From contig NC_087436.1 of the NCBI RefSeq assembly GCF_036321535.1, forward strand, positions 86,554,001-86,618,000: a DNA stretch of 64,000 bases, given 5' to 3'. The stretch is from Camelus dromedarius. Lineage: Eukaryota. Below the pieces are notes generated by a model, which worked only from the letters and a program-made list of their open reading frames with translations, was not told the origin of the DNA and searched no databases. The translations under genes were made by a program, and so were the position numbers. Within the stretch, counting starts at the first letter, position 1; every line of letters begins with the position of its first letter. Below, one piece after another: positions 1 through 13,529 of the stretch.

Positions 1-1004
1 TTCTATTAACTATTGGTCAAAAAATAGTAGGAGAGTTACTTTTCATCAGATAAAAATAATTCCATTGGCACTCTAAATTTTGAGAAGATAAATCCAATTT
101 TTATAGCTTTGGCTATAACATCCCTGTGTTACAATTTAGTGGCTGGGCTGAATGTAATCCTTTAGCCTTTACTTCAATAAAACAAGAAAGATATTTACAT
201 TACATAGATCAGAGATGTGGGTGGGCATGTCTCTATACATTTTTCTTTTCTTTTCACCAGCAAGGTTGTATAAAAATATTTACTGCTTCCCCATAGGCTC
301 ATGTATGTGGTGTTGTGTCCACGTCATAAGGCAGAAGGATGGATTATTCACTGGAGTTTTTATGAACCCACATTCAAGTGTTTCCCCAGCTGTGTTTACA
401 GCTCTGGGTTTCTAAGCCTCTTGAAAAGTAATCAGTTTTGATCATCTTAAATCCCAAAGTAAATTTTCTTTTCTGGGGATTATTCTAGTTGCTAACCCAG
501 GTTAGTCTGGCCTATGGAACCATCATTTAGTGCCGTGACATCCAAACATGAAAGCTGGGGTTTTGCTTCAAGAAGAAAGGGAGATTTGAAATATGACTCA
601 GAGTCTTCCCTGCAAGAGGTGAGGTCTCAGAACTCCTTTGCTCTTTTGTCTTTTTAAAATTGTGTCTTGTCTTGACTCTTTGGTCATTTTATCGTGTAAG
701 TCTTTTCTCTTCAAAATAGCATAAATACCTTTAGAGACAAGATTCTTACATGATGTCATTTTTTTTGTATTAGTTTATATCTGTGTATAAGCGTGGACAC
801 GTTATGCTTTCAGTAATACTTGTTTCTTGACTAATGAGAAGTGCAGTAGTATATAGTTTCGGAGATTATAGAATTATATAATAGGTGATTTCTGTTAGAT
901 CACTTTTATGAATGACTATGTTTAATATTCCACAGTTTAAACCTTTCAGCTGTAACTGTACAATTAGCCACAAAGAGACAGAGCGTTTGCTAAGAGATAA
1001 TGCT

Positions 1005-1200
1005 CTTAGCTGTGTAACTGTGTTAGCTTGGGCAGGTAAATCAGCCCATTGGTACCTCAGTTTCCTTATGAAAATGATAAATAACTAATAAACTGCATTA
1101 GTTAATTTGTGTAAAGTGCATAGCGTGATAACTGGCATATTGATAAGGTGTTGATAAACATTACCGGCTGCTTCTGCAGCTCCTGCACTGGTATTACTAT
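1005..1200 (+). mobile_element. MIR SINE
   Basis: Diverged MIR core: tagctgtgtaac...ttgggcagg...cctcagtttcctt...gtaaagtgcatagc. Confidence 0.7.
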
Positions 1201-1702
1201 AGTCAGTGCACTCCTGGCCAGTGAGCCCAGTCCTCCTCCAGCTGGAGAGAGGCTCTCATTCCAGGCTGGGACCTTTGAGAGAGCTTTCTATGTGGAAAAG
1301 TGAGGCAACAAGGGAACATCTGTAGAGCTGGCCAGGTAAGCCAAATCAACCGTGAATCACCATTCATTTTGTGACACATGCAAGTACTAAGAAAAATGAG
1401 ATGAAAGCAGCAACCGGGGTCCCATGAGACACTTAATTCAGTCAACACATGCTGACCTCCCACTGGCTATTCGGTGCTGACCTGGGTACAGGGACTGAAG
1501 AAAAGACCTAAGGTCTAGTGCCGGCCTTTGCAATCGTCTATCTCCAAGGACTTTTAAATGTATGGTACTTAGAAGTTATTTGTGTCCATGAGGAGAATGT
1601 GTTTTCCTAGATTTCTAGGGAAAAAAAATTTAAAGGAGCCTCATTATATACAACAAATTAGAAAAGAGGGGGAAAAAAAAGACAATTAAAATGTCCAAGC
1701 CT

Positions 1703-2119
1703 CTATATTCATCAACTTTGCTGTATGATAAACCACTTCAAAACACAGTGACTAACCAGCAGCCATTTATTATTTCTTATAATTCTGGGGGCTGGCTGAG
1801 CTAGTCCTCTGTGGGCTTTGCCTGGGATCCCTCGTGAGGCTGCCTTCAGCTGAGGTCCAAAACGGTGTCCCTCACAATGGTGTCTGGGAGCCATTGGTGA
1901 GAGGTCTTTTCCTAAGGCCTCTCATTCACCAGAAGGCTAGCCTGGGCTTCTCTACAGCATGGCCATCTCAGGGTTCCAAGAGGGCAAGAGTGGAATGACG
2001 AGGCTGTGGAACTCCCACAGCATCCCAAGGCCAGCCCAGGCAGATCCACAGGGGTGGAGAAGTAGTCCATAATTCTTGTTGGGAGAAGCATATTCCATTG
2101 CAAAGGGGTTGGACACAGC
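1703..2119 (-). mobile_element. MaLR LTR (old MLT1 type)
   Basis: aaaccacttcaaaacacagtgact...ccatttattatttcttataattctggggg and tccaggggtggagaagtagtcc-like segments resemble MLT1 in reverse. Confidence 0.7.
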
Positions 2120-3299
2120 ATCCGTTAACTACTTTGGCATAACAACCCACTCCAAAGGTTAATGGCTTAAAACTAATCTCACAGCCCATTCACCTCCCTT
2201 TAAATTGTGTCATCTTCTGTTGAGTGGCATGTCCAATCATCCCTCCTGTTTCTACATTTAATCGGTTTGAAGTGTCATGACAAAATTAGGGTCAATGACT
2301 TAAGGAAAAAGGAAAACGACATTTCTTTCTCACTCTCAGAGTTCAAGCACAGATGAGTGAATTTAGGAATAACTCCAAAATCATTTTGGGGTAAGATGAA
2401 GAGAGGACATGTTTCGTTAAGAAGAGGAGCCAGATTCTGAGGCCAAGCCACACCCCTTGGGTCCTCCCTGCACCTGGAGCTTCCTTTGAAGTGAAGGAAA
2501 TTGCTCCACCACAAGGGGGTGGAGGGAGGCGACAGATGTGAGCATGGAATGTAAAACTAGTAAACATTCTGTAAACACCAAGGGGGCGAGGGACTCATGA
2601 GCAGTAAACAGCGTGGGCTGATGAATGGTATCTGAAGTTAGTTTTCTTGGCTTCTTATATTTTACCTCATATTTGATCCTGAAGAAAAGCTCACAGTTTG
2701 GACAAATTCAAAGTTCTAGGACTTATGATCTAAATAGCAATAGGTCATTTTCTAGGTACTTTCACCTTCCGTCTTCTCTGTTGCAGACAGAGAAGGACCC
2801 TGGCCCGACAACCCAAGAGAATCCACCCAGAATGACATGATTTGCTTTATTTAGAAAGATGAACCTGGGAGTCATTTCACAGAAGGAAGTATGGGCAAGG
2901 ACGGACAAAGGATATCCATTTCCAGAAGGATGTGGAGCCTTCCTGAGTGCTATTTCTGAGATGAAACACTCTGCCGTGGGAGGGGTGGTCTTAGAATTAA
3001 GAACAAGAATCTCAGAATCAGAAATTCCTCCCCGGAGAATGTGTTGGTGCAGGAGTACCAGTGGAACAGGAGATTTTCCTAGAAAGGAAGCAGTTATTTG
3101 GGAGACTGGGTCCCTCGAACTGGCCGGGTGAGCTCTTTATATTTGCACAGCACACAGTCATTCATCTTTCACAAATGCATGTATGTGATCGATTTAAGCA
3201 TACGTACATGTGTGTGGTCATGGGTGGGTGGTCTTGTTGTTTATTTTCCTTTTTTATAGGCTTGGCCTCATCTCTACTCTTACACACAGCAATTCCCAA

Positions 3300-5590
3300 C
3301 CCACCCACCTAACCAGATGACCCATATTAATAACCTAATATGTATCTCTCCTGTTGTTACCCATGGCTGTATAATCATATGAAGAGGCACACACACATAC
3401 ACACACGGGCGCTTTCTGATCATTGTTTGTTTTACAGAAATAGAACCATATTACCTTTTATTTTCTGCATTGTGCTTTACTCAGTCAACAATACTTTCTG
3501 AAATTCCTCCTGTCAATCAGCATGACTGTCATTCTTCCTAACATCTGTATTGTTCCATTGTACAGCATTGCCATAATTTATTCAGCCATTCTTCTCTTGC
3601 TGGTAACACGTCATAGCTTTCACAGACAAGTTGAAAAACAGAACAAAACAAAACAACTCCCTCCTTCCAAAAAGACCACTTTAGATGAATCCTTATGTTC
3701 TGGTGACTTTATTTCTGTTGGAGAGACTCCCAGGGACAAGACTGCTGGCCCAAAGAGGATATATATTTTAAATTTTAGTAGATATCACCATATTGCTTCC
3801 CCAAGAGGCTGTAGCATTTCTCATTTCGTCCGTGAAAGTGATCCCTTTTCTACAACCCTGCCAGCAAGAAGTGTTACAGATCTTTAAAATTTTAGATAAT
3901 CTGGTAGGTATACAATGATATCTCAGTGTTAATTTGCATTCCCCTCACTTTAGGTGAATTTGAGGATCTTTCCATGTTTCTTGGCCACTTGGATTGCTTT
4001 TCTATGAATTGTACATTTGTATCTTTGCCCATTTTCCTACTGGTTTGTTCTTGTTTCCCTTGTCAAATTATAAGAAATATTTGTATATTATAAAAATTAA
4101 ATGTTATCTGCATTATATATTTCTGCAAACCTACTACGGTCAATGATATTTTTATGATATCTTTGCCTTAAAAGTTATGGTGTTTAGAGCTAAATATGCC
4201 TATCTTTTCTTTCATAGCTTTTGACTTCTTAGTTTGTGATCAAGAAAGTTTTCCTGCAAAATATAGTACGTATAATCGACTAGATTTTCCTGCAAGAGCT
4301 TTGCTTTAACTTTATATTTTCACTCATAATATTTATACTGTACCCTTGGATGTGCAATAAAACTCAGATTGAATAAAGTACTGATTTGAATATCATGGCT
4401 TTATACAGAGTTCTAATAACTGGTGAGGAAGTCCATGCCCCAGGTTTATTTTTCTAAAATTACTTATCTTTTCTTCAGTTTTAATCTTTTTCTAGAAACT
4501 TTAAGATCACTTTATCCAATTGCCAAAACACACCAAAACAGCCCCTTCTTGTGAGTTTTAGTGAACTACATACACAGTTTGAGGCAATTTAATATTTTGA
4601 TGGCATTCTGTCTTCTCATCCAAGAATATGGAACCTCTTTCCATTTCTTCATTTCTCCTTTTACATACTTTAGTATGATTTTGTTATTTCCTTTTTTATT
4701 ATATCTATCTTTAAGTATTCCATAGGGGTCTCTTTTTCATTATTTTAAATGATTTTTTTCCATTCCTGTTCTTATTGCTGGAGTAGAGAAAAGTTAATGA
4801 TTTTTTTTGCATATTTTTGGATCCATCTACTTTCCAAAATTCCCTTTTTAATTCTAGATTTTTACCAGATTCCTTTGGGTTTTCTAGGTTTACGGTCATA
4901 TCATCTGCAAAAATAGATCATTTTTCCTCATCTTTTCCAATGTTTTTTCCAGTTTTCAAATTTGTTACCATAAAGTTTCATATTATATTCTCCTTTACTA
5001 CTTTTAGTCATTTTAATATCTGTTCTTTCTACTTCCTGTTTTTTTACAATTTTGCTTTTTTTCCTTTTTAAAAATTGAGTTGTCTATCAAATGTATAGAT
5101 TTTTAATGTAACAATATTTAAAACTTATATGTTCTATTTTTTCTTTCTATTTCATTAACTTCAGCTTTTACCTTTATTAGTCCATCTTTTATTGTTCTTT
5201 TTCTAATTTCTTAATGTGGATTTAGTTTCTTCTCATCTTCATTCTTTCACAAGGAAAGCTTTTGGCTATAAAATTCTTCTGGTACAATTTCACAGAGTCT
5301 TAGAAGAGTATATGATAAAGTTTTCCTTTTCATAGCTTTCAAGATGATCAGTAATATTCGTTTTGATTTCTTCTTTGAGCCAAATATTTTCTAAGTATTT
5401 CTTAATTTTTAGGTAGACTATTTTCGGTCCTCTTTTAATAATTTTTTTTCTTATTCATTAAATTAGGATCAGATAATGTAAGATATAAAATCTTTATTTG
5501 AATTTGCTGAAGTTTCTTTGTAGCCAGCTACATGATCAGTCTCTGTAAATGTTCTGCAGACATATAAAAAGTAATAAAAATTCTGTATAT
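3300..5590 (-). mobile_element. Ancient L1 (L1M-type) 3' UTR/ORF2 remnant
   Basis: The minus strand reads FADDM at 4911-4897, then TVNLENPKES...LELKREFWKVDG, homologous to the L1 RT region. T-rich decayed L1 texture throughout. Confidence 0.85.
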
Positions 5591-5602
5591 TTGGAATGTA
5601 GG

Positions 5603-5690
5603 TTTTTTAAAAATTGAAATACCATCAGTTACAATGTGTCAATTTCTGGTGTACAGCACAATGTCCCAGTCATGCATATACATACATACA
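5603..5690 (-). mobile_element. Young 5'-truncated L1 3' end
   Basis: Poly-T plus L1 3' UTR motif cagttacaatgtgtcaatttctggtgtacagc. TSD TGGAATGTAGG at 5592-5602 and 5691-5701. Confidence 0.85.
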
Positions 5691-5724
5691 TGGAATGTAG
5701 GGTTTTGTTCAGCTATTATGTTGG

Positions 5725-5945
5725 GAAGCAGTGTGGCACAGAGACTTAAAGCAAAGACTTCAGGGAGAATATGTTTACTTTCAAATCTTGAACTTATCAT
5801 GTGACCTTCACCGCATCTGTAAGATGTAAATAATAATAGTATCTACTTCGTAGGGTCTCTGTGAAGATTAAATTATTTAATATTCATAAAGTACTTAGAA
5901 TAGAAATTAGAACATACCAAATGCTATATGTTAATTGTTATATAA
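5725..5945 (+). mobile_element. MIR SINE
   Basis: catctgtaagatgtaaataataatagtatctacttcgtagggtctctgtgaagattaaat core. Confidence 0.75.
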
Positions 5946-6499
5946 ACGAAAAGAATTAGTCAATTCATCTGTCTTTATTTTGTGCTTTCTACAGAATTGT
6001 CTAATATAGTCCAAAGAGATACATTGAGTTAATACAAAATTTTGGCTTGTGTGTCAGAACATTATTCTGCTACTATTTTCTTTGAGTTTAAATTTTAAAT
6101 TATTAAAGTGAGAAATTTTAAAATGTAAAATCTTTTTTCTTTAGATTGTCAATGATCATTTTAATTCCTTGAATTTTTCTTATCTTCATTTTTTTTATTT
6201 TTTCACACTTGCCCACACTTAAAATTTCTTTGCCCTTAATAAACTTAGTCCCAATCTCATTCTTCCTTAACTAAGTTGCCTTTTCCTCCAAATAGTACAT
6301 AAATAACCATTTTTGTTATACTTTAGAATGATGGATTTCCTTCAGGCTAATTCAGTAAAGTAAAGTAGCCTATGTAATCAGATTGGATTACAGATATGCT
6401 CCCAAATGATGTTAAGTGTACTGAGTTCCACAGTCCACTCATGCTTACAATTTCCAGTGCCCTTTGTTTCTTTGTGTAAATCCAAGTTTCTGTCTCATA

Positions 6500-6730
6500 T
6501 CGTATTCCTTCTGCCTGAAGAAATCCCTTTAAGATTTCTTGTAGATCATGTCTGTTAGTAATAACATGTCTCTGTCTTTGTTTATCTGAAAAAGTCTCAA
6601 TTTCCCTTCATGTTTGTAAGACTCACTGGGTATAGAATTTGGGGTTGACAGTTTTTCCCTTCCAGCACTTTAAAGACGTTCCTTCACAGCCTCAGACTTT
6701 ATTGGTTTCTGGTGAGAAGTCTGATCTTTC
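6500..6730 (-). mobile_element. Ancient L1 ORF1 C-terminal remnant
   Basis: The minus strand translates NCQPQILYP, then after a frameshift EIETFSDKQ...LQEILKG, typical of the L1 ORF1p C-terminus. Confidence 0.75.
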
Positions 6731-7360
6731 TTATCTTCCTTTCACAGGCCTGAACCATGAGGAAGGCTTTCTCCCACCTTCTACCCTGCCCCAATCTTTC
6801 TCATGTGGTCTGCACAGAAAAGCCTGTGATTGGGTATGAATCCTCCCTTCATCTGTGACTCCCAGGGTTTCTGTACTGTCACAAAAGCCCAAACTTGACT
6901 TTAAAAATTTACTACAAATTTTAGCTGAATTTTTCTTACCCTACTTTTATGGCAGATCGTCCTCTTCCCACGCTCTGATTCAGATTAGCTGGTGCCCGTC
7001 TTATAGTTTTCCTCAGAGGTGCCTGTTTTCTCATAGATTTCAGGCTAGTCGGTTGCCTTACAACCTCAGCTCTCTAATGCGCCCCAGGAGAGTTATGACT
7101 TTGTAGATTATTCTGCTTTATGTTTTTCTTAGGGTGTGAGTGATGCTCTTTCCAGCTTTTTATATTCTAAAAGGAAGCCACTTCCTTAGATTTTAAGTTT
7201 AATTTACAAACATTACTATTTAATGTATAAATCTAGCAAAGAACGTACAAATAGGGTACTTCGTAACTTAATCTATTAAATTTCTTTAACATGTTCAACT
7301 GCACTATAAATTGTAAAGATCATATGTTAACATTCCTTTTGAGGTATTACAGTTATCTGT

Positions 7361-7580
7361 TGTAGTAGGCTGTATTTCCCAAAATGGCTCCCATAGCACC
7401 ATTCCCATCCCATATGCTCTTCAGTGTGATCTTGCCACTTTCCATCAAGAGGCAGGAACTATTTTTCCATCCCTTTCAATTTGGGTGACCTGGGACTCTT
7501 TCTATCACCAGAATATGGGAGAAGTTCTGCTATACCAGTCCTGGGCATAGCCCGTAACTGACCTGGCAGCTTCCCCACCA
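7361..7580 (+). mobile_element. MaLR LTR fragment (MLT1)
   Basis: Starts tgtagtaggctg...aaaatggctccc and contains ccatcaagagg...cagaatatgggagaag, MLT1-like. Confidence 0.65.
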
Positions 7581-8197
7581 CTAGGTTAGTGGGGACTCCA
7601 AGTCTTGCAGTGACCTTGTATCCAGGTTCCTTGGATTCTCCCTTGGTTCTTTGATGAGTATCAAACCAACGAGGGGTTGTGAGGAGAGAGAAGTTGTTTC
7701 AGCTCTTGTTACGGTCTGTTCATCTTTTTGTTACTTGATTCCATTCTCAATTATTTTTACATTCTTTCTACAACTCTTATTAAATTACCTCTCATTAATT
7801 TTGTGTATCTCTTCAGTCTTGTCTGATTTTGTGTTCACAATTCCCAAGTCATTCTAATGACACCCTAAAGTTACCCACCAGAATTGTATTTTCTTTTTAA
7901 TCGAGTTGTTATGTTTCTAACAGTGTTTGGTTTATAGTCAGATGTTTGATGCATACTTTGGTGTTTGATGCCAACAGAATATAACTGTTATATCTTCTTT
8001 ATAAAAAGTGTCTTTTATTATAATGAAATACACTTTTTCTGGTTCTGTTTAATAATTTTAAACTTAAATTTTACCTCTGCTGATATTAATATTCTACTTC
8101 AGATCTTTTTACCTTTGCGGTTATGTCTTTTCCTGGCTTTGTTTTATTATATTAACAGCATTCAGTTAAATTCTTTGTTGGAAAGCCTCTACTGTTG

Positions 8198-8680
8198 ATT
8201 TATTCAACAAGTATCTATTGACCACCGGCTATGTCTTAGATTCTATTCTGGGCATTGGTGTATAAAACAAAGATCCCTGATCTTAAGAAACATGATGGGA
8301 GGAGACGAACAATAAGCAAAACATGTAATAAATAAGCAATTAACATAGCATGTTAAAAGTGCTAAATGATGTGGAAAAAAATTAAAACAGAGCAGGGTAT
8401 GTAGGATTTGGAGTACAAGGAGGAGGAGGTTACAATTATAAATAGAGTGGTCATGATCAGGCAGATTGAGAAGGTGACATTTGAGTAAAAATTAAAGGAG
8501 GGAGGTAGCTGGCTATGTGGACATCTGCGTGTTCCAGGCAGGAAGAGCAGCCAGTACCAAGCTGTAGGGTGGAGGTCGGCTTGCTGTGGACAAGGGAAAG
8601 CAAGGAAGCCCGTGTGCCTGGAGTACAGTGAAAGGGGAAGGTACTAGATTGGGACTGAGAGTCATTGTTGAGATGCAACA
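8198..8680 (-). mobile_element. L2 3' end
   Basis: ttcaacaagtatctattgaccacc...gagaaggtgacatttgag...gttccaggcaggaagagcagc is an L2 3' end in reverse. Confidence 0.8.
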
Positions 8681-8959
8681 TGGTTGTACATCATTGGTGA
8701 TTTGGCCAAGTTTTGATGGAGTGGAGAGGAAATGCCACGTTTTTCATTTAGTATATGGTGGATATATTTTATTCTGTTTCTTCTCTCTAATTTATTTATT
8801 ATCGATTTGCTTTTACTTTTTACACTTTTTCTTTTCCCTAGTTTTCACAAGTTTGCTCAGTTTCTGAGGCGGGATATCTCCAGGCTGAATTCTTGAGTTT
8901 TCGACTGCTTGGCCCTAAGCTCATTTCTGTCCTTGCCTGCCACAAGAAAGGGCAGTGAT

Positions 8960-9089
8960 TTTTTTTTAATTGAAATATAGTCAGTTTACAATATTGTATC
9001 AATTTCTGGTATACAGCATAAGGTTTCAGTCACACATACACGTATATCCCTTTTCATATTCTTTTCCATTATAGGTTACTACAAGATTT
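8960..9089 (-). mobile_element. Truncated lineage-specific L1 3' end
   Basis: Poly-T plus tatagtcagtttacaatattgtatcaatttctgg. Imperfect TSD ggcagtgattt/ggcaaggattt. Confidence 0.8.
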
Positions 9090-10386
9090 GGCAAGGATTT
9101 TTAGCTACTCTTTCCTGCAGGCCCTGGACACAGAAGAAGACGGCTGTGTGTGACTTTGGGCCACTCTATCAGTCGGGGTGGAAAACGGGTGTCATAGTCT
9201 AATCAGGTGAAACAGCTGAAAAGGGGCCGTTCTCAGAGGTGAGCACAGGGACAGTGCAGACTCGGTGCTAGTAATGGTGTGTGTTCCAGTGGGTGGGGGA
9301 GCCACTGCCACTCAGGAGAGAAGCAATGACTAGAACTCTAAGAGAAGAGCTGGTGCCCTGTGTCAGAAAATGAACCAGTCCATGCATCTAGAAGGGGAGC
9401 TTAAATGATCATAAGCAAGCACGTCACTTCCCTCTGAATTCTGCACATCCAAAGCATCATCTTTTCCTGTTTCCTGCTCCTGCATCACTCTTTTCTCGGA
9501 AGAGGTGACCTGTGCCCTACTATCCCCACCCAAGAGGTTCAGCCCCATCCCAGACATGAGCACGGATTTTTTTCTCTTGGGGAATTATATGAAAGACAAG
9601 TAAGTCTGCCTCTGAGTTTGGACTGACATTCATAATTCATGTATAGTTGCAAGAAGCAACAAACCCAGCTAGGCTAAGTATCCCCAGGTATCAAGCGTGT
9701 CCCCTTGCACACCCTTTAGAGATCTAGTTAAACGTGGTCCAAACCCCAGAACCACCACCCGCGGGAGTTCAGAGTCCTCAGTACACTCTCCAGGGGTGCC
9801 TGGTTCCTTTCTCTGACTCCTCCCTGTCTCCACACTGCCACCTCCATATGGGCTCGTCTAGTTCCGCTTCTCGTCCACCTGGCTTTTACATCTAGACATC
9901 TCATGAGTTTGCCCCCAAACATCCCTATTATTTCAGCATGTTGTGAGTATAAAAACTTCAATGACAGGTCACATTTCTTTTAGTCTCAGTTCATTTTTTT
10001 CTTCAAACATTCTCCAGTTTAAGGAGGATGTCCTGTGCTTGTGATGAGAGCACAGAGCAGAAGGGCACCAGCGTTAGTTGCTGGTATATTTTTAGTGGGG
10101 CAAAAGTAATATAAATTCTTTTCTAAGTAGAGCTGAGCAAAAATCAGCAGCTCATCAGAAACCTGGGACAGACACAGCCTCAATTTGATAAATCACCTTC
10201 CATCAAATTCACAGAACAACAAGTGGGTTTGGGCAGCCCCCCTTGTTCTGGTGCCACCACCCTCTGTGAGAACTGTTCATGGGCATGGTGGCCCTATGTT
10301 GCAGTGAAATGGCCATCAGAAATAAATTGTTTTCCATTTGTGAAACCATTGCCAAATATTCCAGGCAATATGATAGTCCCTGTAAC

Positions 10387-10527
10387 CAGGGGTGATTTTC
10401 AGAATTTTTAACAATCAGTACAGCATGGGCATCAACCAGTCAGAATAGACCTGACCAATCAGAGGGGATGTCAGGAGTGAGCACCCAGTACAGCCTGATG
10501 GTGGACACCAGCTGAATATCTGCCCTG
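10387..10527. mobile_element. hAT-type MITE, 141 bp
   Basis: TIRs CAGGGGTGATTTTCAG and CTGAATATCTGCCCTG. 8-bp TSD CCTGTAAC/CCTATAAT (6 of 8 match). Confidence 0.75.
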
Positions 10528-13437
10528 CCTATAATTTAATAGCAACTCTGCTAATTCACATCATTTTGTACCCAGATGCTTCCTTTCTCCTTCTTTTTCC
10601 AAACAATACTTTATTCATTGATTCATTCATTCAACAAAGGCATGATTAAGCTTTCCCATGCGCTGTCCCAACCTTTCTCAGTTCCTGTCCCACTGTCGCT
10701 CACAAGGGTATCTTCCCTAATTAAATCCTTGCGTGTTCAGTCTCTCCCTAGCATCTGTTTTGCACAGGACCCAGACCCCGCCACGACATCCCCAATGGTG
10801 ATGTCAAGATCACAGACAGCAGAGCTCACTTGTTGCATAGGATCCATCCCAATATCACTACAGAGGGTAACTTCATTTCCATCACTTTGGGCGTGTGCAG
10901 TGACAGACCCTGATTGCTGTTTCTCACTCTGTTCCTCTTTCCATCATACCAGCAGAATTCTAAGGCTTCCCAGTGAGGATCCACTTTTGCTTTTGTATGA
11001 AATCTCATGTGATCATGTGTCCACGGGAGGACAACAGTGCAGAGGGAAGTCAGCCATTTAACCAAGGGTGAAGAAGGTAGGTAGAATACAGGCAGTATAG
11101 AATGGGAAGGTTTGCAGGAGGGGGGTGGGGGAAGGGAGAAATAATGGCAATCAGTTTAGAGCGTTTGGCTTTCAGATGACTGGCACTTGGGACTGATGTA
11201 CTGGTGACCCCTGGTATGTGGTTCCTGGTGCCTTTATTCTGGAGATGTTACCTTATTGGGTAGAGGGTAGACCAGGAACCTCACAGATCTCCAACTTCAA
11301 GTTCAAAGAAGTTGGTATGTGCAGCATCCCCTAGGGGCAGAAATGAGGAGGGGACATGCCCAGCACCACTGCGGTACCCCCTGCCAGAACCCCGCAGCGA
11401 CACAACACTGAAGAAAAAGCATCCCACGGGCCATCTGGTGTGCTGCCACACACACTCAGCAGTCCCAGCTGCGAGGTTGTGGGTGGGTGGGCAGGACACA
11501 AACAGTGTTGATCCAAGTGCAGCTGAATCACCTAGAAGGACTGGCCACCCTGGGGAGACAAGTTAGTGAGAGTCACCCAGCACGGGGGTGTGAGTGCAGC
11601 TGCGGCAGGACTTGTCAAAGCTGCACTTCCAGTCCGTCTCCTGGGGCAACTCAGAGAAAGTGGGAGAGAGGACCGCTAGGGCGGCTTCCCTTTGCCATGT
11701 GGACCACGCCACTTCAAGGGGCCGGCCTGAGCTGGAAGGACCAGCCTGACCACCCTAGGCTGATGGCTAGCACTGATATCGACAAAGCCTCAAATTAAGA
11801 CAGTACAAAAAGGGAACTTGGAGATCTGGGGCCTCTATTACCCAGACCAGTTAATAACACTGCTCCTAGTTCTTTAATCCCCATATGTGTTCATTGAACT
11901 GAGCTGAATGGATTTGAAAATAAAATGCAGGCTTCTTCTCGGACATCCTTATTCCCCACGGGGAGTGAGTTCCTGCTGTCTCACTTGGACTTTGGTCCCT
12001 TGGTTGCAGCCGAGGTCAACATTTCCAATGCAAGGTTAGTTGAGCCACCCAGGAGGGAGGACTCCAGGAAAGGTTCATGGTGATAACAATCCCACGTTCT
12101 CGTAATTGGCCAAGGATAGTGGGAGGGGAAAGTATTCATTACTCTGCAATAATCTAAACTTCGACTGGAAGTGCAGCTTCCCCGCTGAACTTGGGAGGAG
12201 CTGGCTGCTCCTGGGACCAGAGTTACCGGGACCAGACATGGCGATGCTGTCTCCACATGCCCTGAGCGCATGTCCACCACTCCACCTTGCTGTGCCTTCA
12301 CAGCCACCAGGAAGTGCCCTTGTTTACTCCAGGCACCTTATCGTGGATTAGTGGCAGGAGCCCAGGGGAATTCAGCTCTAAGAAGGGCTAAAAAGAGGCA
12401 AGCATCCAGGTTCATTGTCGAAGTTGAGAAAGAACATCTTCTCCTGCTCATGATTTGGGAAAACCAAACAAACTTCCCTTTGCTAAGACTCTGTTAGTCA
12501 GAATCTGACCAAGAACCGTCTCCCCATTGATGGTGAGTGGTTTTCATGATATCCTCTGTCTTCTATTCTTTGACTAAGGAGAACTGAAGGACAGGCTTCT
12601 TGGTAGTGATCCCTGTCTTTGAGGACCTGCCCTTTCTTGGATGGAAGCAAAAGTCCATTAGGAGGGAAAACATTTCCCCACCTAGAAAGTCGGCCCTTTC
12701 TGTGCTTATCACACCTGAGGGGACCAGCAACACGACTCCCTCTTGCTTTTGCCTTTTCCTCTCCATCCTTTGTTGGGACACTGTGTGTGTGTGTCTGTGA
12801 GTCACTGTATGTTACTAATTATTAAGAATTTTCAACTATCTTGGGAAAAAATTGGAAGAAGTTAGGCTTTTAGACGTGGCCAGAGCACCCTATTAGACAG
12901 GATAAAAGACAAGTATATGGAGGGTTTGTAAAGAAAACAGTAATTCAGTCTTCTTCACCGAGGACTGAATATACAAAAACTAAAATTAAATGGGATTTAA
13001 ATTACACAGCGGTTAAAAAGCTCATGAAGTTTGAAATGGGGATCTTTAACAAAGGTTTACTGAAGTCACCAATGCTACCTTAAAGGGATTTTAATTCATC
13101 TAAATATCTACGCCTGTTACTGAGAGAGCGCGTCTTCGAAAAGTGCCAGGCAATCCTGATTGTGGGCACGAAACGACCACGTTTGAGAAATAGTCTTTCT
13201 ACCAACTTAGAGAACCCACCTCTGTATTTGTGAAAATTGTAAAGGTGTAAGAAGTCTCAGGTTCTCTGGGGTGACACACAGAAGCACCACAGGTCCCTGT
13301 TCCCATGGGCCCCTTTCTTGGTGGAGGGCAAGGCGAGGCTGTGTGGGGCCCTGGGAAGGTCATGGGCTCCAAAGTTTGCGGAACTGCACCCCAGCGTTAG
13401 CTCCGTCATTTACTAGCTGGGCGAACTTGGGCGGGAC

Positions 13438-13529
13438 ATTTTTCTTTTTTTAGTGGAGGTGCTGGGGATTGAACTTAGGACCTTGTACATGCTAAGTGTG
13501 CACTCTACCACTGAGCTATAACCACCCAC
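13438..13529 (-). mobile_element. tRNA-Ala-derived SINE (vic-1-like) inserted in a MIR
   Basis: Minus strand has A box TAGCTCAGTGG, B box GTTCAATCC and an A tail. TSD CTTGGGC(G/A)GGAC at 13426-13437 and 13530-13541. Confidence 0.85.

Noticed and set aside
10576..11800. 161-aa ORF and neighbouring ORFs
   Set aside because: No domain similarity or exon structure. The region appears to contain decayed LTR-like sequence I cannot assign.
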